A DNA stretch of 64,000 nucleotides. Origin: Nannocystis bainbridge (lineage in GTDB: Bacteria > Myxococcota_A > Polyangia > Nannocystales > Nannocystaceae). The notes under the pieces are model-generated. The model searched no databases. It saw only the letters and a list, made by a program, of their open reading frames with translations, and was not told where the DNA came from. Every line of letters starts with the position of its first letter. Within the stretch, counting starts at the first letter, position 1. The translations under genes were made by a program, and so were the position numbers. Positions 10,295 to 19,671 of the stretch are shown in pieces. Location: positions 2,496,001-2,560,000 of the forward strand of contig NZ_JAQNDL010000001.1 in assembly GCF_028368995.1 (NCBI RefSeq), written 5' to 3'.

Positions 10295-11539
10295 ATGCAA
10301 ATTCGACGTTCCACCGCATGCATCGTGCTCGTCGCGCCTCTCGTTCTTTCAGGGTGTCAACCGGAGCCAGGCGGCCCCTCGAGCTCAGAAGCCGCGGAGA
10401 CGAGCGATCCATCGGGCACCGCCGCGAGCTCCGGAACGCTGCCCACCGATGCGTCCAGCACGACCGACGGCGGCGGCCCGGCCGCTTGCAACAACGGCGA
10501 GCTCGAGGTCGGCGAGGTGTGTCTGGGCGCCTGGACGCTGCTCGCGCAAGAGGGTACGGCCCCCCTGCGCCTGGCCGATCTGGACAACGACGAACGGACC
10601 GATTTCGTCGCTGGATCCGCTCTGTTTCTCCAGCAACCCGACGGCACCTTCGCCTGGAGAGCGCCGCCGACCTCCGACGCTCCGCTCCAGGTCGGAGAGT
10701 TCGACGACGACGGCAACTCCGACATCTTCACCTACGATTTTTACGCTGGGCAGGTGCATCGCTTCCAGGGCAACGGCGACGCGACCTTCCTCGCCCCGCC
10801 GGTCACTTCGACGATCGGTGAGGTGCTGGGCTTGAGGGCGGTCGACATCGACGCGGACGGGCGTGACGAGCTCGCCGGCCTGGGCGACACGTTCGCGGGC
10901 CCCATCAAGGTCTGGACCGCACGACCCGATGGTGGATTCGACCCGCTCGCTACGTACGCGTTGCCCGGGTTCGACTTCGAGGTCGCGGACTTCGACGCCG
11001 ACGGCCACCCCGACCTGGCCGTCGCGGGCCTCGATCTGTTTCAGATCCGGTGGGGCGCGGCAGACCTCGAGTTCAGCGACGGCTTCGATGTCATGCAGCT
11101 CGGAATGGCAGACATCGCGCTCGCACACGACGTGAGCGGGCCCGCGCTCGCCCTCTACTCGAACTTCATCCAATACCCGGCGCCCCCGCTCAATCGGTTG
11201 GTCCTCGGCTGGCCGGAGCGGGCGGATGTCGATTCCTGGCCGTTCGCGGCCCACGACCTCGGTGAAAACGACACCCTGGTCTCATCCCCCTCGTCCGCCG
11301 ATATGAACGCCGACGGGCTCGTCGATCTGCTCGTTCTGCTGCGCGACAACAAGGGCGGAGCCCGCCGGCTGGAAGTGCTCTGTCAGACGGCCGAGCTCGC
11401 GTTCTCCGTCTGTGCCAGCGCAGCTGTCGAGGTGGAGGCGAAGAGCGTGCATCCGCTGCACGCCAACGCCGACGCTGCGATCGATCTGCTCCTCGCCACC
11501 GAGTACGAAGGGATCTGGCTCGCGCTCGCCCAGCCTTGA
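10295..11539 (+). CDS. FG-GAP/VCBS repeat lipoprotein
   Basis: LSGC lipobox; DLDNDERTD, EFDDDGNSD, DIDADGRDE, DFDADGHPD and DMNADGLVD repeats. Confidence 0.85.
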   Translation: MQIRRSTACIVLVAPLVLSGCQPEPGGPSSSEAAETSDPSGTAASSGTLPTDASSTTDGGGPAACNNGELEVGEVCLGAWTLLAQEGTAPLRLADLDNDERTDFVAGSALFLQQPDGTFAWRAPPTSDAPLQVGEFDDDGNSDIFTYDFYAGQVHRFQGNGDATFLAPPVTSTIGEVLGLRAVDIDADGRDELAGLGDTFAGPIKVWTARPDGGFDPLATYALPGFDFEVADFDADGHPDLAVAGLDLFQIRWGAADLEFSDGFDVMQLGMADIALAHDVSGPALALYSNFIQYPAPPLNRLVLGWPERADVDSWPFAAHDLGENDTLVSSPSSADMNADGLVDLLVLLRDNKGGARRLEVLCQTAELAFSVCASAAVEVEAKSVHPLHANADAAIDLLLATEYEGIWLALAQP

Positions 11540-11637
11540 TCGCGCCGGTGGGACTCCGGCCGCAATCGGCGAGCTCAGCGCATCATCGCATCCTATAAGG
11601 CGTCGGCGCCGCAGTTTCCCACGAATGCGAGACGATC

Positions 11638-12330
11638 ATGCGATTTGTGCTGTCGCCCATCTCCTTGTCGCTCACCGCGCTGGCGATCATGAGTTGTAGC
11701 GCGGATCCTGGGGACGGGTCAGATACGCAGCCTACCGAAGACGCAGGGACGACGAGCTCGTCGGACACATCACCACCCGTGGGCGACACGACCGAAGCCT
11801 CGACCGGAGCTTCCGACGCGGAGGTCGAACCGAGCGCGTCCTGTCGTTGTGTGCTGCCCGATCATGCCGAGCTCGACTCCTATGATCATCAGGCCTGCGG
11901 CTGGGGGCCTTGTGGGTCGATTGAAGTCGCGTGCCAGGGAGGAAGTGAGCACGCGCCGCACCCGCTGTGTGACGCCGGTTACGGTGAGCTGGTCATGGAC
12001 ATCACAGCGCTCGATTGTGCCCTCGACATGCTCGTTCAAGGGGCGTCGGGCCTCGTACACTTCACGTTCTCCGCGGACCGGGGCGTCTCGCGGTCGGGCG
12101 GGTTCTTGCGGATTGGCGCCGGCCGCCTGGGTCTCTCGCGGACCTGGCAGTCTGCCGATCTGGGAGGCTTCGAATCGGCGCTCGAGCTCATCCCGCTGAA
12201 GAGCGCTGCCTATTTCGAGACGTGCCGAGCGATGCAAGACCCGGCCGAGCGCTACCTGTGCCTCAAGAAATGGTCGGATGGATCGGCGACCGAAGTCTGC
12301 GACGAGTCCATGCAATACTCCGATCTCTGA
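11638..12330 (+). CDS. Cys-rich hypothetical lipoprotein
   Basis: Signal peptide ending IMSC; S/T stalk; several Cys; more A/T at third positions than flanking genes. Confidence 0.7.
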   Translation: MRFVLSPISLSLTALAIMSCSADPGDGSDTQPTEDAGTTSSSDTSPPVGDTTEASTGASDAEVEPSASCRCVLPDHAELDSYDHQACGWGPCGSIEVACQGGSEHAPHPLCDAGYGELVMDITALDCALDMLVQGASGLVHFTFSADRGVSRSGGFLRIGAGRLGLSRTWQSADLGGFESALELIPLKSAAYFETCRAMQDPAERYLCLKKWSDGSATEVCDESMQYSDL

Positions 12331-12499
12331 CGAGCCACGCTGGCCGCACCTCTTGGCATCGACAGTCGGTTGTACCGCGATGTGGGAATACCCGCTCGGC
12401 TTGATATCGAGCCCTTCGACCATCGCGGGGGGCCCTGGTTTCACATCACCGGCCAGGACAGTGACCCGCGCCGTGTGAACTCCGCTAACCTCGGAGGCC

Positions 12500-13705
12500 A
12501 TGCACGATCCACTCGGTTTGTACGCCCCCGAGAGTCGCGACGACCCCTACCCCGTGCTCGCCCGCCTGCGTCGCGAGGCCCCGCTCTACTTCGCCGGCAA
12601 CGAGGGCGCGGGCTCGTACATCGTCACGCGCTACGCCGACGTCGCCAGCGGCTTCCGCGATCCTCGCCTGTCGGCCAGTCGGGCCGAGGCGATGGCCAAG
12701 CGCTTGCCGCCCGAGGCGCGGCAGTGGGTCGCGCCGGTGATCGACAACCTCGCGCACTGGATCTTGCTGCGCGACCCGCCGGACCACACGCGCCTGCGCG
12801 GCCTGCTCAACCAGGCCTTCACGCCGCGCCTCATTGAAACCTGGCGGCCGCGGATCCAGCAGATCCTCGGCGAGCTGATGGCGGCGATCGAGCCGGGCGA
12901 GGTCGATCTGGTGCACGCGCTGGCGGCCCCGCTGCCGGTGCTGGTGATCGGCGACATGCTCGGCCTGCCGCCCGAGGATCGCCACCGCCTCAAGGCCTGC
13001 TCCGACGCGATCGCCGGCTTCTTCGGCGCCAGCGCCATGAGCCAGCAGCTGCTCGCCGGCGCCCGCGCGGCAATCCTCGAGCTCGAGGACTACTTCCGCA
13101 AGGCGATCGCCGAGCGGCGCGAAGCCCCGCGCCAGGACCTGCTCTCGGCCCTCGTCGTCGCCGAGGAGCAAGGCTCGGTGCTCAGCGAGCAGGAGCTGCT
13201 GTCGACCTGCACTGCGATCCTGTTCGGCGGCCACGAGACCACCACCAACCTGATCGCCAACACCGTCTACAGCCTGCTGCGCTTCCCCGACCAGCTGCAG
13301 CGGCTGCGCGACGAACCTGGCCTTTTGGCCAGCGCGATCGAGGAGGTCCTGCGCTTTGAGTGCCCCGTCTCGCGCATGGGCCGGGTCGCGCGCGTCGAGT
13401 TCGAGTGGCACGGCCAGCAGCTCAATGCCGGCGATCGTCTGTTCCTCTCGTTCGCGGCCGCCAACCGCGACGAGGCCCAGTTCCCCGAGCCCGACCGCTT
13501 CGACATCGCCCGCGCCGACAACCGCCACCTCGGGTTCTCGGTCGGCCCGCACTACTGCATCGGCGCCGCCCTCGGCCGCATGGAAGCCCGCCTCGCGCTC
13601 GAGGCCCTCCTGAAATTCCCGCGCTGGGAGCTGCGCGAGAAGCCGACCTGGCTCGACAACCTCACCGTGCGCGGCCCGAACTTCTTGCGGGTCGCCCTCA
13701 CCTGA
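12500..13705 (+). CDS. Cytochrome P450
   Basis: DPPDHTRLR, I-helix GGHETT, EEVLR (ExxR), heme motif FSVGPHYCIG; GGAGG RBS. Confidence 0.96.
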   Translation: MHDPLGLYAPESRDDPYPVLARLRREAPLYFAGNEGAGSYIVTRYADVASGFRDPRLSASRAEAMAKRLPPEARQWVAPVIDNLAHWILLRDPPDHTRLRGLLNQAFTPRLIETWRPRIQQILGELMAAIEPGEVDLVHALAAPLPVLVIGDMLGLPPEDRHRLKACSDAIAGFFGASAMSQQLLAGARAAILELEDYFRKAIAERREAPRQDLLSALVVAEEQGSVLSEQELLSTCTAILFGGHETTTNLIANTVYSLLRFPDQLQRLRDEPGLLASAIEEVLRFECPVSRMGRVARVEFEWHGQQLNAGDRLFLSFAAANRDEAQFPEPDRFDIARADNRHLGFSVGPHYCIGAALGRMEARLALEALLKFPRWELREKPTWLDNLTVRGPNFLRVALT

Positions 13706-13721
13706 TACATGCTCCCGAGCG

Positions 13722-14711
13722 ATGCTGCTTCCACGGTTCCTCCTGACCATCCTGCCGCTCGCTGCGGTCGCGGGCGGCTGTGGCGAGGAATGTCCGCGGT
13801 GGGAGAGCGAGCCGCTCGATCCGCGGATCTCCAGGATCGACGGCAACGTCGGGATCGCCGAATCCGGCGAAGTCTTCTACCCCGCCCCGGACGGCGGCCA
13901 GGTGTTTACCTTCCAGGTCTACACCGAACTCGGGACGCCGCTGTACGGCCTCGCCGGCAATCAACCCACCATGTTGGCCGCGGGTGAGGCCGGGGCGATC
14001 TTCTTCTCGGAGTCGCCGAACACGACCTGGGAACGAGCCATCACGCCGTCGATCGCGGAGGACCTGCTGGCGGTCCGGATCACCTGCCAGATCGCCGAGG
14101 GCACGGCGATCATGTCCGAGGTCGCGGTCGCGGTCGGCGAATCCGGGCGGATCGTTCGCAGCACCTCGAGCGGGATGGCCTGGGAGCTCGTCGAGTCGCC
14201 GACCTCCCGCACGCTCCGCAGCGTCGCCACCGGTATCGGCGAGCAATCCGACATCGTCGTCGCCGTCGGTGACGCCGGCACGATCGTGCGCTCGGCCGAC
14301 CAGGGCGCGACCTGGGAAACAATCACTTCCGGCACCGCGCAGGACCTCGCGTGGGTCGACTTCATCACGCCGTGCCATGTCGAGGCCAGTCACTGGGACC
14401 GGCCGTGGTGGGGGCTCGCCGTCGGTGCTGGAGGCACGGTGTTGCGCTCCATCGATGACGGCCTCTCGTGGCAGGCGCTCGACCTCGGCATCTCCGACGA
14501 CCTCCGGCAAGTGCACGTCCACAGCGACACCCTCTTCCTCGGTGAAGGTCGTCTGTGGCGCTGGGGAGGCAACCTCGATCTCCCCATGGTCTTCCACGAC
14601 TTCGAGCAGGCGATCGACTGGTACGCCGACGATCCGAATCGCCCGAAGACCGGCGGCGAGGGCCAGCTGTTCTGGCTGCGGAAAGGCGGCTACTGCCCGA
14701 ACTCGAACTGA
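13722..14711 (+). CDS. YCF48/BNR repeat lipoprotein, paralog of 8575-9600
   Basis: Shares CPRWExEPLDPRISR, FYPAPD, TPLYGLAG, AVGDAG and HVHSDT blocks. Confidence 0.85.
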   Translation: MLLPRFLLTILPLAAVAGGCGEECPRWESEPLDPRISRIDGNVGIAESGEVFYPAPDGGQVFTFQVYTELGTPLYGLAGNQPTMLAAGEAGAIFFSESPNTTWERAITPSIAEDLLAVRITCQIAEGTAIMSEVAVAVGESGRIVRSTSSGMAWELVESPTSRTLRSVATGIGEQSDIVVAVGDAGTIVRSADQGATWETITSGTAQDLAWVDFITPCHVEASHWDRPWWGLAVGAGGTVLRSIDDGLSWQALDLGISDDLRQVHVHSDTLFLGEGRLWRWGGNLDLPMVFHDFEQAIDWYADDPNRPKTGGEGQLFWLRKGGYCPNSN

Positions 14712-14715
14712 CGCG

Positions 14716-15654
14716 TCAGCGCACCCGTCGCCGGCGCCATGCCAGCCCGACGACCACCAGCCCGGACAAGCCCGCTCCATCACCGCCGCCGCGGCAGCCG
14801 CAGCCCTCCTTGCCCGTGTCCGTGGCCCCGTCGCCCGCGCTCGCCCCGTCACTCGTGGTGGTGTCCGGTGCCTCGCTCGGCAAGCTGTCGGCCCCGCTGA
14901 TCTCCGACGTCGACTCGCTGTCACTCGTCGAAGTCGTCGACTCCCCGCTCGTGCCCTCGCCCGTCGTCGTCGGCAGCCCCGTGCTCGTCGCTTCACCCGT
15001 CGTCGCTTCGCCGCCCGTGTCGCTCGTGGTCGTCCCGGGCTCGCCCGTCGTGTCCCCGCTCGTCTCGCCGGTCGTCGACTCCCCGCCGGTCGTCTCCTCG
15101 CCGAGCGGCGCCGGCGGCTCGTACGTGCTGCCCGGCTCGACCAGCGTGATGACCATGCGGACTTCGGTTGGCATGTAAAGCGCCGCCGTCTCGGGCCCGA
15201 CGTTGTCGGCCGACGGCTTGCCGTTCATCGTGTCCTTGAGGATGCACGCGAACTTGTTGACGCCCTGCTTCCAGTCGACGAACTGGTTCGGCGGCGACCA
15301 GAACTGCGCGAACGTCGACTCCCACGCGTAGATCCCGACCTCGGTGTACGTCGGCGACTGCAGCGTGCACGCGTACGTCGGGTTGGCCTCGAAGCACACC
15401 TGGAACTTCGTCTCCTGCGCCGTCGGCTTGCTCAGCACCTCGAGGTGGACCCACACCGAGCCCTTCGTCCAGTCGATCGGGCTCGTCCAGTCCGTCGGCA
15501 CCTCTCCCGTCGGCATCACCCGGTAGTGCGAATCGGCGAGCTCGGGCGCGTGCACCCACGTCTCGTCCATCACCACCAATTGCCCCGCCTGCGCCTCCCA
15601 GCTCGTCGCCGCGACGCCTGCCGCGATTGCGAGCGCCAGTCCCTTCGTGCTCAT
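14716..15654 (-). CDS. Secreted protein with Thr/Glu stalk and MYXO-CTERM-type tail
   Basis: Signal peptide (…WEAQA); tail KEGCGCRGG...LVVVGLAWRRRR. Confidence 0.82.
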   Translation of the reverse strand: MSTKGLALAIAAGVAATSWEAQAGQLVVMDETWVHAPELADSHYRVMPTGEVPTDWTSPIDWTKGSVWVHLEVLSKPTAQETKFQVCFEANPTYACTLQSPTYTEVGIYAWESTFAQFWSPPNQFVDWKQGVNKFACILKDTMNGKPSADNVGPETAALYMPTEVRMVITLVEPGSTYEPPAPLGEETTGGESTTGETSGDTTGEPGTTTSDTGGEATTGEATSTGLPTTTGEGTSGESTTSTSDSESTSEISGADSLPSEAPDTTTSDGASAGDGATDTGKEGCGCRGGGDGAGLSGLVVVGLAWRRRRVR

Positions 15655-15778
15655 GCCGGCCAAAGTATCGACCACGGCGGACCCTCGCCACCGCGATCGT
15701 CGTGCGCGCGGACGGGGCCGCGCCCGCGACGCGTGGGGGCCGCGCCCCACTCGGCGATCGCCGGGCCTGCAGACGCGC

Positions 15779-16750
15779 TCACGAGCGCTTGTACGTCAGC
15801 GCGTACTTGAGCGGCTCCGGCAGCCGGCTCGACGTGATCGTCACGCTCATCGTCAGCCTGTCGCCCGTCTCGTCGAGCGTGAACGTGCTGCGGCGCCCGC
15901 CGTCGTCGGCCTTGAAGTCCATCACCAGGCGACCCTTGACGATCGAGAACGCGACCGTCAGCGGCGAGCCGTCGTCGGAGGTCCACGCCACCGCCGAGCC
16001 GCCGATCGTGCCCGTGACCGTGCGCCCCGCGGCGAACGTCGCAGTCACTCTGGTGCCGTCGACCGCGAACGTGATCTGATCGCGGATGGGGTTGGCCGCG
16101 GTGAGCCGCTTGCGGCCGATCCCGCGGATCAGCGCGTTCAGCTGCTGCACCGTCGTCTCGATCGCCTCGGTCAGCTTGGTGCGCTGGGCCTCGCCGCCGG
16201 CGTAGCGGAACGTCCCGGCGAAGCGCGCCTGCTCGGGCTGGGCCGGCGCCGCCGGGGCTGGCGCGGGCGTCGGTGCAGGCGTCGGCGCGGGCGTCGGCGC
16301 GGGCGTCGGTTGCGGGATGTCCTTCGGGACAGGTTCCACCGGCGCGGGCGTCGTCGGTGACTTGTCCTTCGGGACAGGTTGATTCTCGCCCGTCGGCTTG
16401 ACCTTCTTCGCCGGCGCCGCCTTCTCGCCGTCCGGCTTGACCTCGGCGACCGCGCTCGCGGGGGTCGGCTCCGCGGTCGTCGGCCCCGGCTCACCCGCCA
16501 CCGTCGTCGGCGCCGGCTCGCCCGCCACCGCCGTCGTCGGCGCCGGTTCGGCGGCCGCGATCACCGGCACGGTCTTCGCCTCCTCCGCCGCGTCCTCGAC
16601 CTCCGCCTTGGCCCCCTTGGCCTCGTCGGCGAACGGATCGTCGAACTCCTCGGGCGCGGCCGCGGGCGCCGGCGGGGGCGTTGCTTCACCGCATCCGACA
16701 GCGAGGACGGTCGCGCACACGAGGACTCGGCGGAGCGGAACCAGGAGCAT
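15779..16750 (-). CDS. Hypothetical lipoprotein with long Pro/Ala linker
   Basis: LAVGC lipobox; PAPT repeats; globular C-terminal domain. Start placed at 16750 from the extended -10 element TGcTATGGT 7 nt upstream. Confidence 0.75.
   Translation of the reverse strand: MLLVPLRRVLVCATVLAVGCGEATPPPAPAAAPEEFDDPFADEAKGAKAEVEDAAEEAKTVPVIAAAEPAPTTAVAGEPAPTTVAGEPGPTTAEPTPASAVAEVKPDGEKAAPAKKVKPTGENQPVPKDKSPTTPAPVEPVPKDIPQPTPAPTPAPTPAPTPAPAPAAPAQPEQARFAGTFRYAGGEAQRTKLTEAIETTVQQLNALIRGIGRKRLTAANPIRDQITFAVDGTRVTATFAAGRTVTGTIGGSAVAWTSDDGSPLTVAFSIVKGRLVMDFKADDGGRRSTFTLDETGDRLTMSVTITSSRLPEPLKYALTYKRS
16318..16376. repeat. Two perfect TGTCCTTCGGGACA copies inside a CDS
   Basis: 16318-16331 and 16363-16376; both are read as PVPKD on the minus strand. 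Confidence 0.88.
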
Positions 16751-16885
16751 CCTCGCCACCATAGCAGCGAACCCACGCGGTCGCGCGCTCGGGCATCGCC
16801 CGACGAACGCCGCGACCGGGGCCTTTCGGCCAGGTCACGTCGCTCCTCGTGCACGCAGGAGCTCGCGGCGCGCCCTCCTCGCGCC

Positions 16886-17452
16886 TCAACTCGACCCGAC
16901 CGCCGCGACTTCCTTCTTCGCCAGCCACGGGCTCGACTCGGCCGGCGCCAGGCTCTGCAGCGTCTCGTCGATCCCCGCCGAATCGGCGGCGTCCGCCAGC
17001 TCCGGGATGCTCTCGTGGTCCCGCAGCCAGATCCCCTCGCGCACCCCCACCGACGCGTCGAACTCCGGCAGGAACACCGCGATTCGCCCGCTGCGCCCGC
17101 GGATCGGCTGCTTCGGCGCCTGCACGAAGCGCACCGGCCCGCGGATCCGCGAGCGCGTCGACTCCGACACCACGATCGGGCTCGCCAGCTGCTTCGTCAG
17201 CGCCTCGAGCCGCGACGCCACATTGACCACGTCGCCGATCGCCGTGTACTCGCGGCGGCGCGGCGAGCCGATGTCGCCGACGATCACCCGCCCGCTGTGC
17301 AGCGCGACCCCGATCTTCAGCGGCGGCCCCCCGGCGCCCTCGCGGCGGAGGTTGAACCGGCGCAGCGCCTCTTGCATGTGCAGCGCGCACCACATCGCCC
17401 GGTCGGCGTGATGCCGAGCCGGGACCAGTTCATCGCAGTCGCCGTGGATCAT
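16886..17452 (-). pseudogene. Class III adenylate/guanylate cyclase, C-terminal half only
   Basis: HADRA..CAL.MQ, KIGVALHSG.VIVGDIGS..R.EYTAIGD.VNVASRLE are present; the N-terminal F.DIxGFT and KxxGD metal-binding strands are not recognisable. Confidence 0.65.
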
Positions 17453-17576
17453 ACGCCCTCGATCCATCGACCGATCGTGCGAGGCGCTCGCGCGTGCGCG
17501 CGGCATCCGGTCAAGGTTGTGTAAAAGCCCACGCGGCCCTGCAGCGGCCTCGTCGTGTCACGCGTACGGTGCGGAC

Positions 17577-18761
17577 ATGCGTCACCGCCCCATGGAAGTC
17601 CTCGCCGCCAGCGCCATCGCCGTCTGCTGCCTCGCCCTGGCGCTTCATCCCACGCTGCGCAGCCCTGTCGAGCCCGCCGCGGCGCCGACCTTCGAGACGG
17701 TCCCGACGGTCGTCCAGACACCGACGCAACCGTCCGCGGCCGCGCGCCCCCGCATCGACGTCGTGTTCGTCCTCGACACCACGGGAAGCATGTCGGGGCT
17801 CATCGAGGGCGCGAAGCAGAAGATTTGGGCGATCGCCAACCGCCTCGCATCGGGCGAGCCACGACCCGAGCTGCGCATCGGCCTCGTCGCCTACCGCGAT
17901 CTCGGTGACGAATACGTCACGAAGCGGTTCGACTTCTCGAGCGACATGGACGCCGTCTACGCCGAGCTGCTCGGCTACGAGGTCGGTGGCGGCGGCGATC
18001 ATCCCGAGCACGTCGGCCGCGGCCTCGAGGACGCCATCGACCGCATGCAGTGGAGCGACGGCGACAAGGCCCTGCGCCTCGTCTTCCTCGTCGGCGACGC
18101 CCCGCCGCACGACGATTATGGCGACGACCCGACCACCGCCGAGCTGGCCAAACGCGCCGCCGGGCGCGGCATCGTCATCAACACCGTGCAGTGCGGCCTG
18201 TCGCCCGAGGCCGAGACCGCGTGGCGAGCGATCGCCGCCGCCACCAACGGCGAGTACAGCCAGATCGCCCAGAACGGCGGCGTCGTCGCCGTCGCCACGC
18301 CCTTCGACGGGCGCCTGCAGCAGCTCAACAACCAGCTCTCCGCCACCGTGCTCACCTGGGGCAGCCACGGCGACAAGCTGAACGCGCAGGTCAAGCTCGG
18401 CAACCGCATGGCGATGTCGGCCAGCGCCGCCGCCGAGGCTGCCAGCTACAGCGCCAAGATCGATCGCATGAACAACGAGGACCTGCTCGGCGCGCTCGAC
18501 GGCGGCCAGGCCCTCGTCGACATCCCGACCGACCAGCTGCCCGACGTCATGAAGACGATGACGCAGCAGCAGCAGGTCACCCACGTGGCCGACATCCGCC
18601 GCCAGCGGACCGCCGTGAACGAGGAGATCCGCGCCCTCTCGGTCCAGCGCGACGCCTTCCTGCGCGACGCCGAGAAGGCCGCCGGCGTCGGCGGCGGCTT
18701 CGACGGGAACGTCACCGAGACCCTGCGCCGCCAGGCCGCCTCGATCGGCGTCTCGTACTGA
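17577..18761 (+). CDS. vWA domain protein, secreted or membrane-anchored
   Basis: IDVVFVLDTTGSM, LRIGLVAYRD, GGGDHPE and FLVGDAPPH motifs; N-terminal hydrophobic segment. Confidence 0.9.
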   Translation: MRHRPMEVLAASAIAVCCLALALHPTLRSPVEPAAAPTFETVPTVVQTPTQPSAAARPRIDVVFVLDTTGSMSGLIEGAKQKIWAIANRLASGEPRPELRIGLVAYRDLGDEYVTKRFDFSSDMDAVYAELLGYEVGGGGDHPEHVGRGLEDAIDRMQWSDGDKALRLVFLVGDAPPHDDYGDDPTTAELAKRAAGRGIVINTVQCGLSPEAETAWRAIAAATNGEYSQIAQNGGVVAVATPFDGRLQQLNNQLSATVLTWGSHGDKLNAQVKLGNRMAMSASAAAEAASYSAKIDRMNNEDLLGALDGGQALVDIPTDQLPDVMKTMTQQQQVTHVADIRRQRTAVNEEIRALSVQRDAFLRDAEKAAGVGGGFDGNVTETLRRQAASIGVSY

Positions 18762-18768
18762 ACCTTTT

Positions 18769-18880
18769 ACATGTCACATTGGACATGTCCTATATGCCAT
18801 GTCCAATGCGACATGTCATCGCTCGCAGCGAGCGGACGGCCGTGACGCCACCCGACCTTCGGGACATGTCCCCGAAAACA
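18769..18880. repeat. 14-bp-phased array forming a long inverted repeat, plus a further unit
   Basis: TGTC at 18772, 18786, 18800 and 18814; arms ACATGTCACATTGGACATG / CATGTCCAATGCGACATGT (1 mismatch); another unit at 18867. Confidence 0.88.
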
Positions 18881-19010
18881 TCCGCGGGCGACCGCGTCAT
18901 GCGCCGCCGTGGCGGGCGGACGGGCGCTCGTCGGGGCGGGCGCGGCCTGGTGGCGCGGTCCAGCACGCCCGCGCTTGACGGCCGTGCGCGCTCGTCAATC
19001 TTGCCGGGCC

Positions 19011-19601
19011 ATGAGAGCCGTCCACCTGTCCCTCTGGGTGTTGCTTGCGACTGGCGCGGGCTGCCACAAGACCTCGGCCGACCGACCGGTCGAGCACCCG
19101 GAGGATGTCGCCGAGCGCGTCGACGACGCCCTCGTCGCCGAGGCCGAGGAGCGCAGGTCGTTGCCGCCTGCCACCGCCATCCCGGGCGAGCCCGCGGGCG
19201 AGCGGCCGCTCGAGATCACCGGCGTCTTCATCGACGTCCCGCTCGCCACGGCTTGTGGCATCCCCCTCGCGCCCGAGGCCTACTTCGAGTTCGACGTCGC
19301 CGCGCGAGCCCCGGAGAACAACATCCTTCTGCGGCGCGTCGCCGAGTGCCTGACCACCGGCCCGCTGAACGACCGCAGGATCGAGCTGCGGGGTTACAGC
19401 GACCCGCGCGGTGGCGACGGCTACGGCGACCGGCTCGGCATGTCGCGCGCTCAGTCTGTCAGCGAGTTCCTCGCCATGCAGGGCGTCGACCCCGAGAGCA
19501 TCGTCGTGCGCGCCGCCGGAGAGGCCGGCGCTGCGCCCGAGGCTCCTAGTGATTGGCCCTACGAGCGGCGCGTCGACGTCGTCCTGCTCCCGACCGAGTG
19601 A
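19011..19601 (+). CDS. OmpA-family (peptidoglycan-binding) lipoprotein
   Basis: GAGC lipobox; YFEFD, IELRGYSDPRG, LGMSRAQSV and ERRVDV motifs. Confidence 0.88.
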   Translation: MRAVHLSLWVLLATGAGCHKTSADRPVEHPEDVAERVDDALVAEAEERRSLPPATAIPGEPAGERPLEITGVFIDVPLATACGIPLAPEAYFEFDVAARAPENNILLRRVAECLTTGPLNDRRIELRGYSDPRGGDGYGDRLGMSRAQSVSEFLAMQGVDPESIVVRAAGEAGAAPEAPSDWPYERRVDVVLLPTE

Positions 19602-19671
19602 CATCGCTGCAGACGCCGCCGCTTGCCCGCGCCCCAACTTGGACAAGACTTGGAGTGCGGAGGAGATTCCG

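Noticed and set aside
12500-13705. Secondary-metabolite cluster around the P450
   Set aside because: No PKS, NRPS, terpene synthase, RiPP precursor or redox partner is adjacent; it appears to be an orphan P450.
16250-16310. PAPT/Thr-rich tandem repeats as mobile or regulatory repeats
   Set aside because: These are ordinary in-frame low-complexity linkers of surface proteins.
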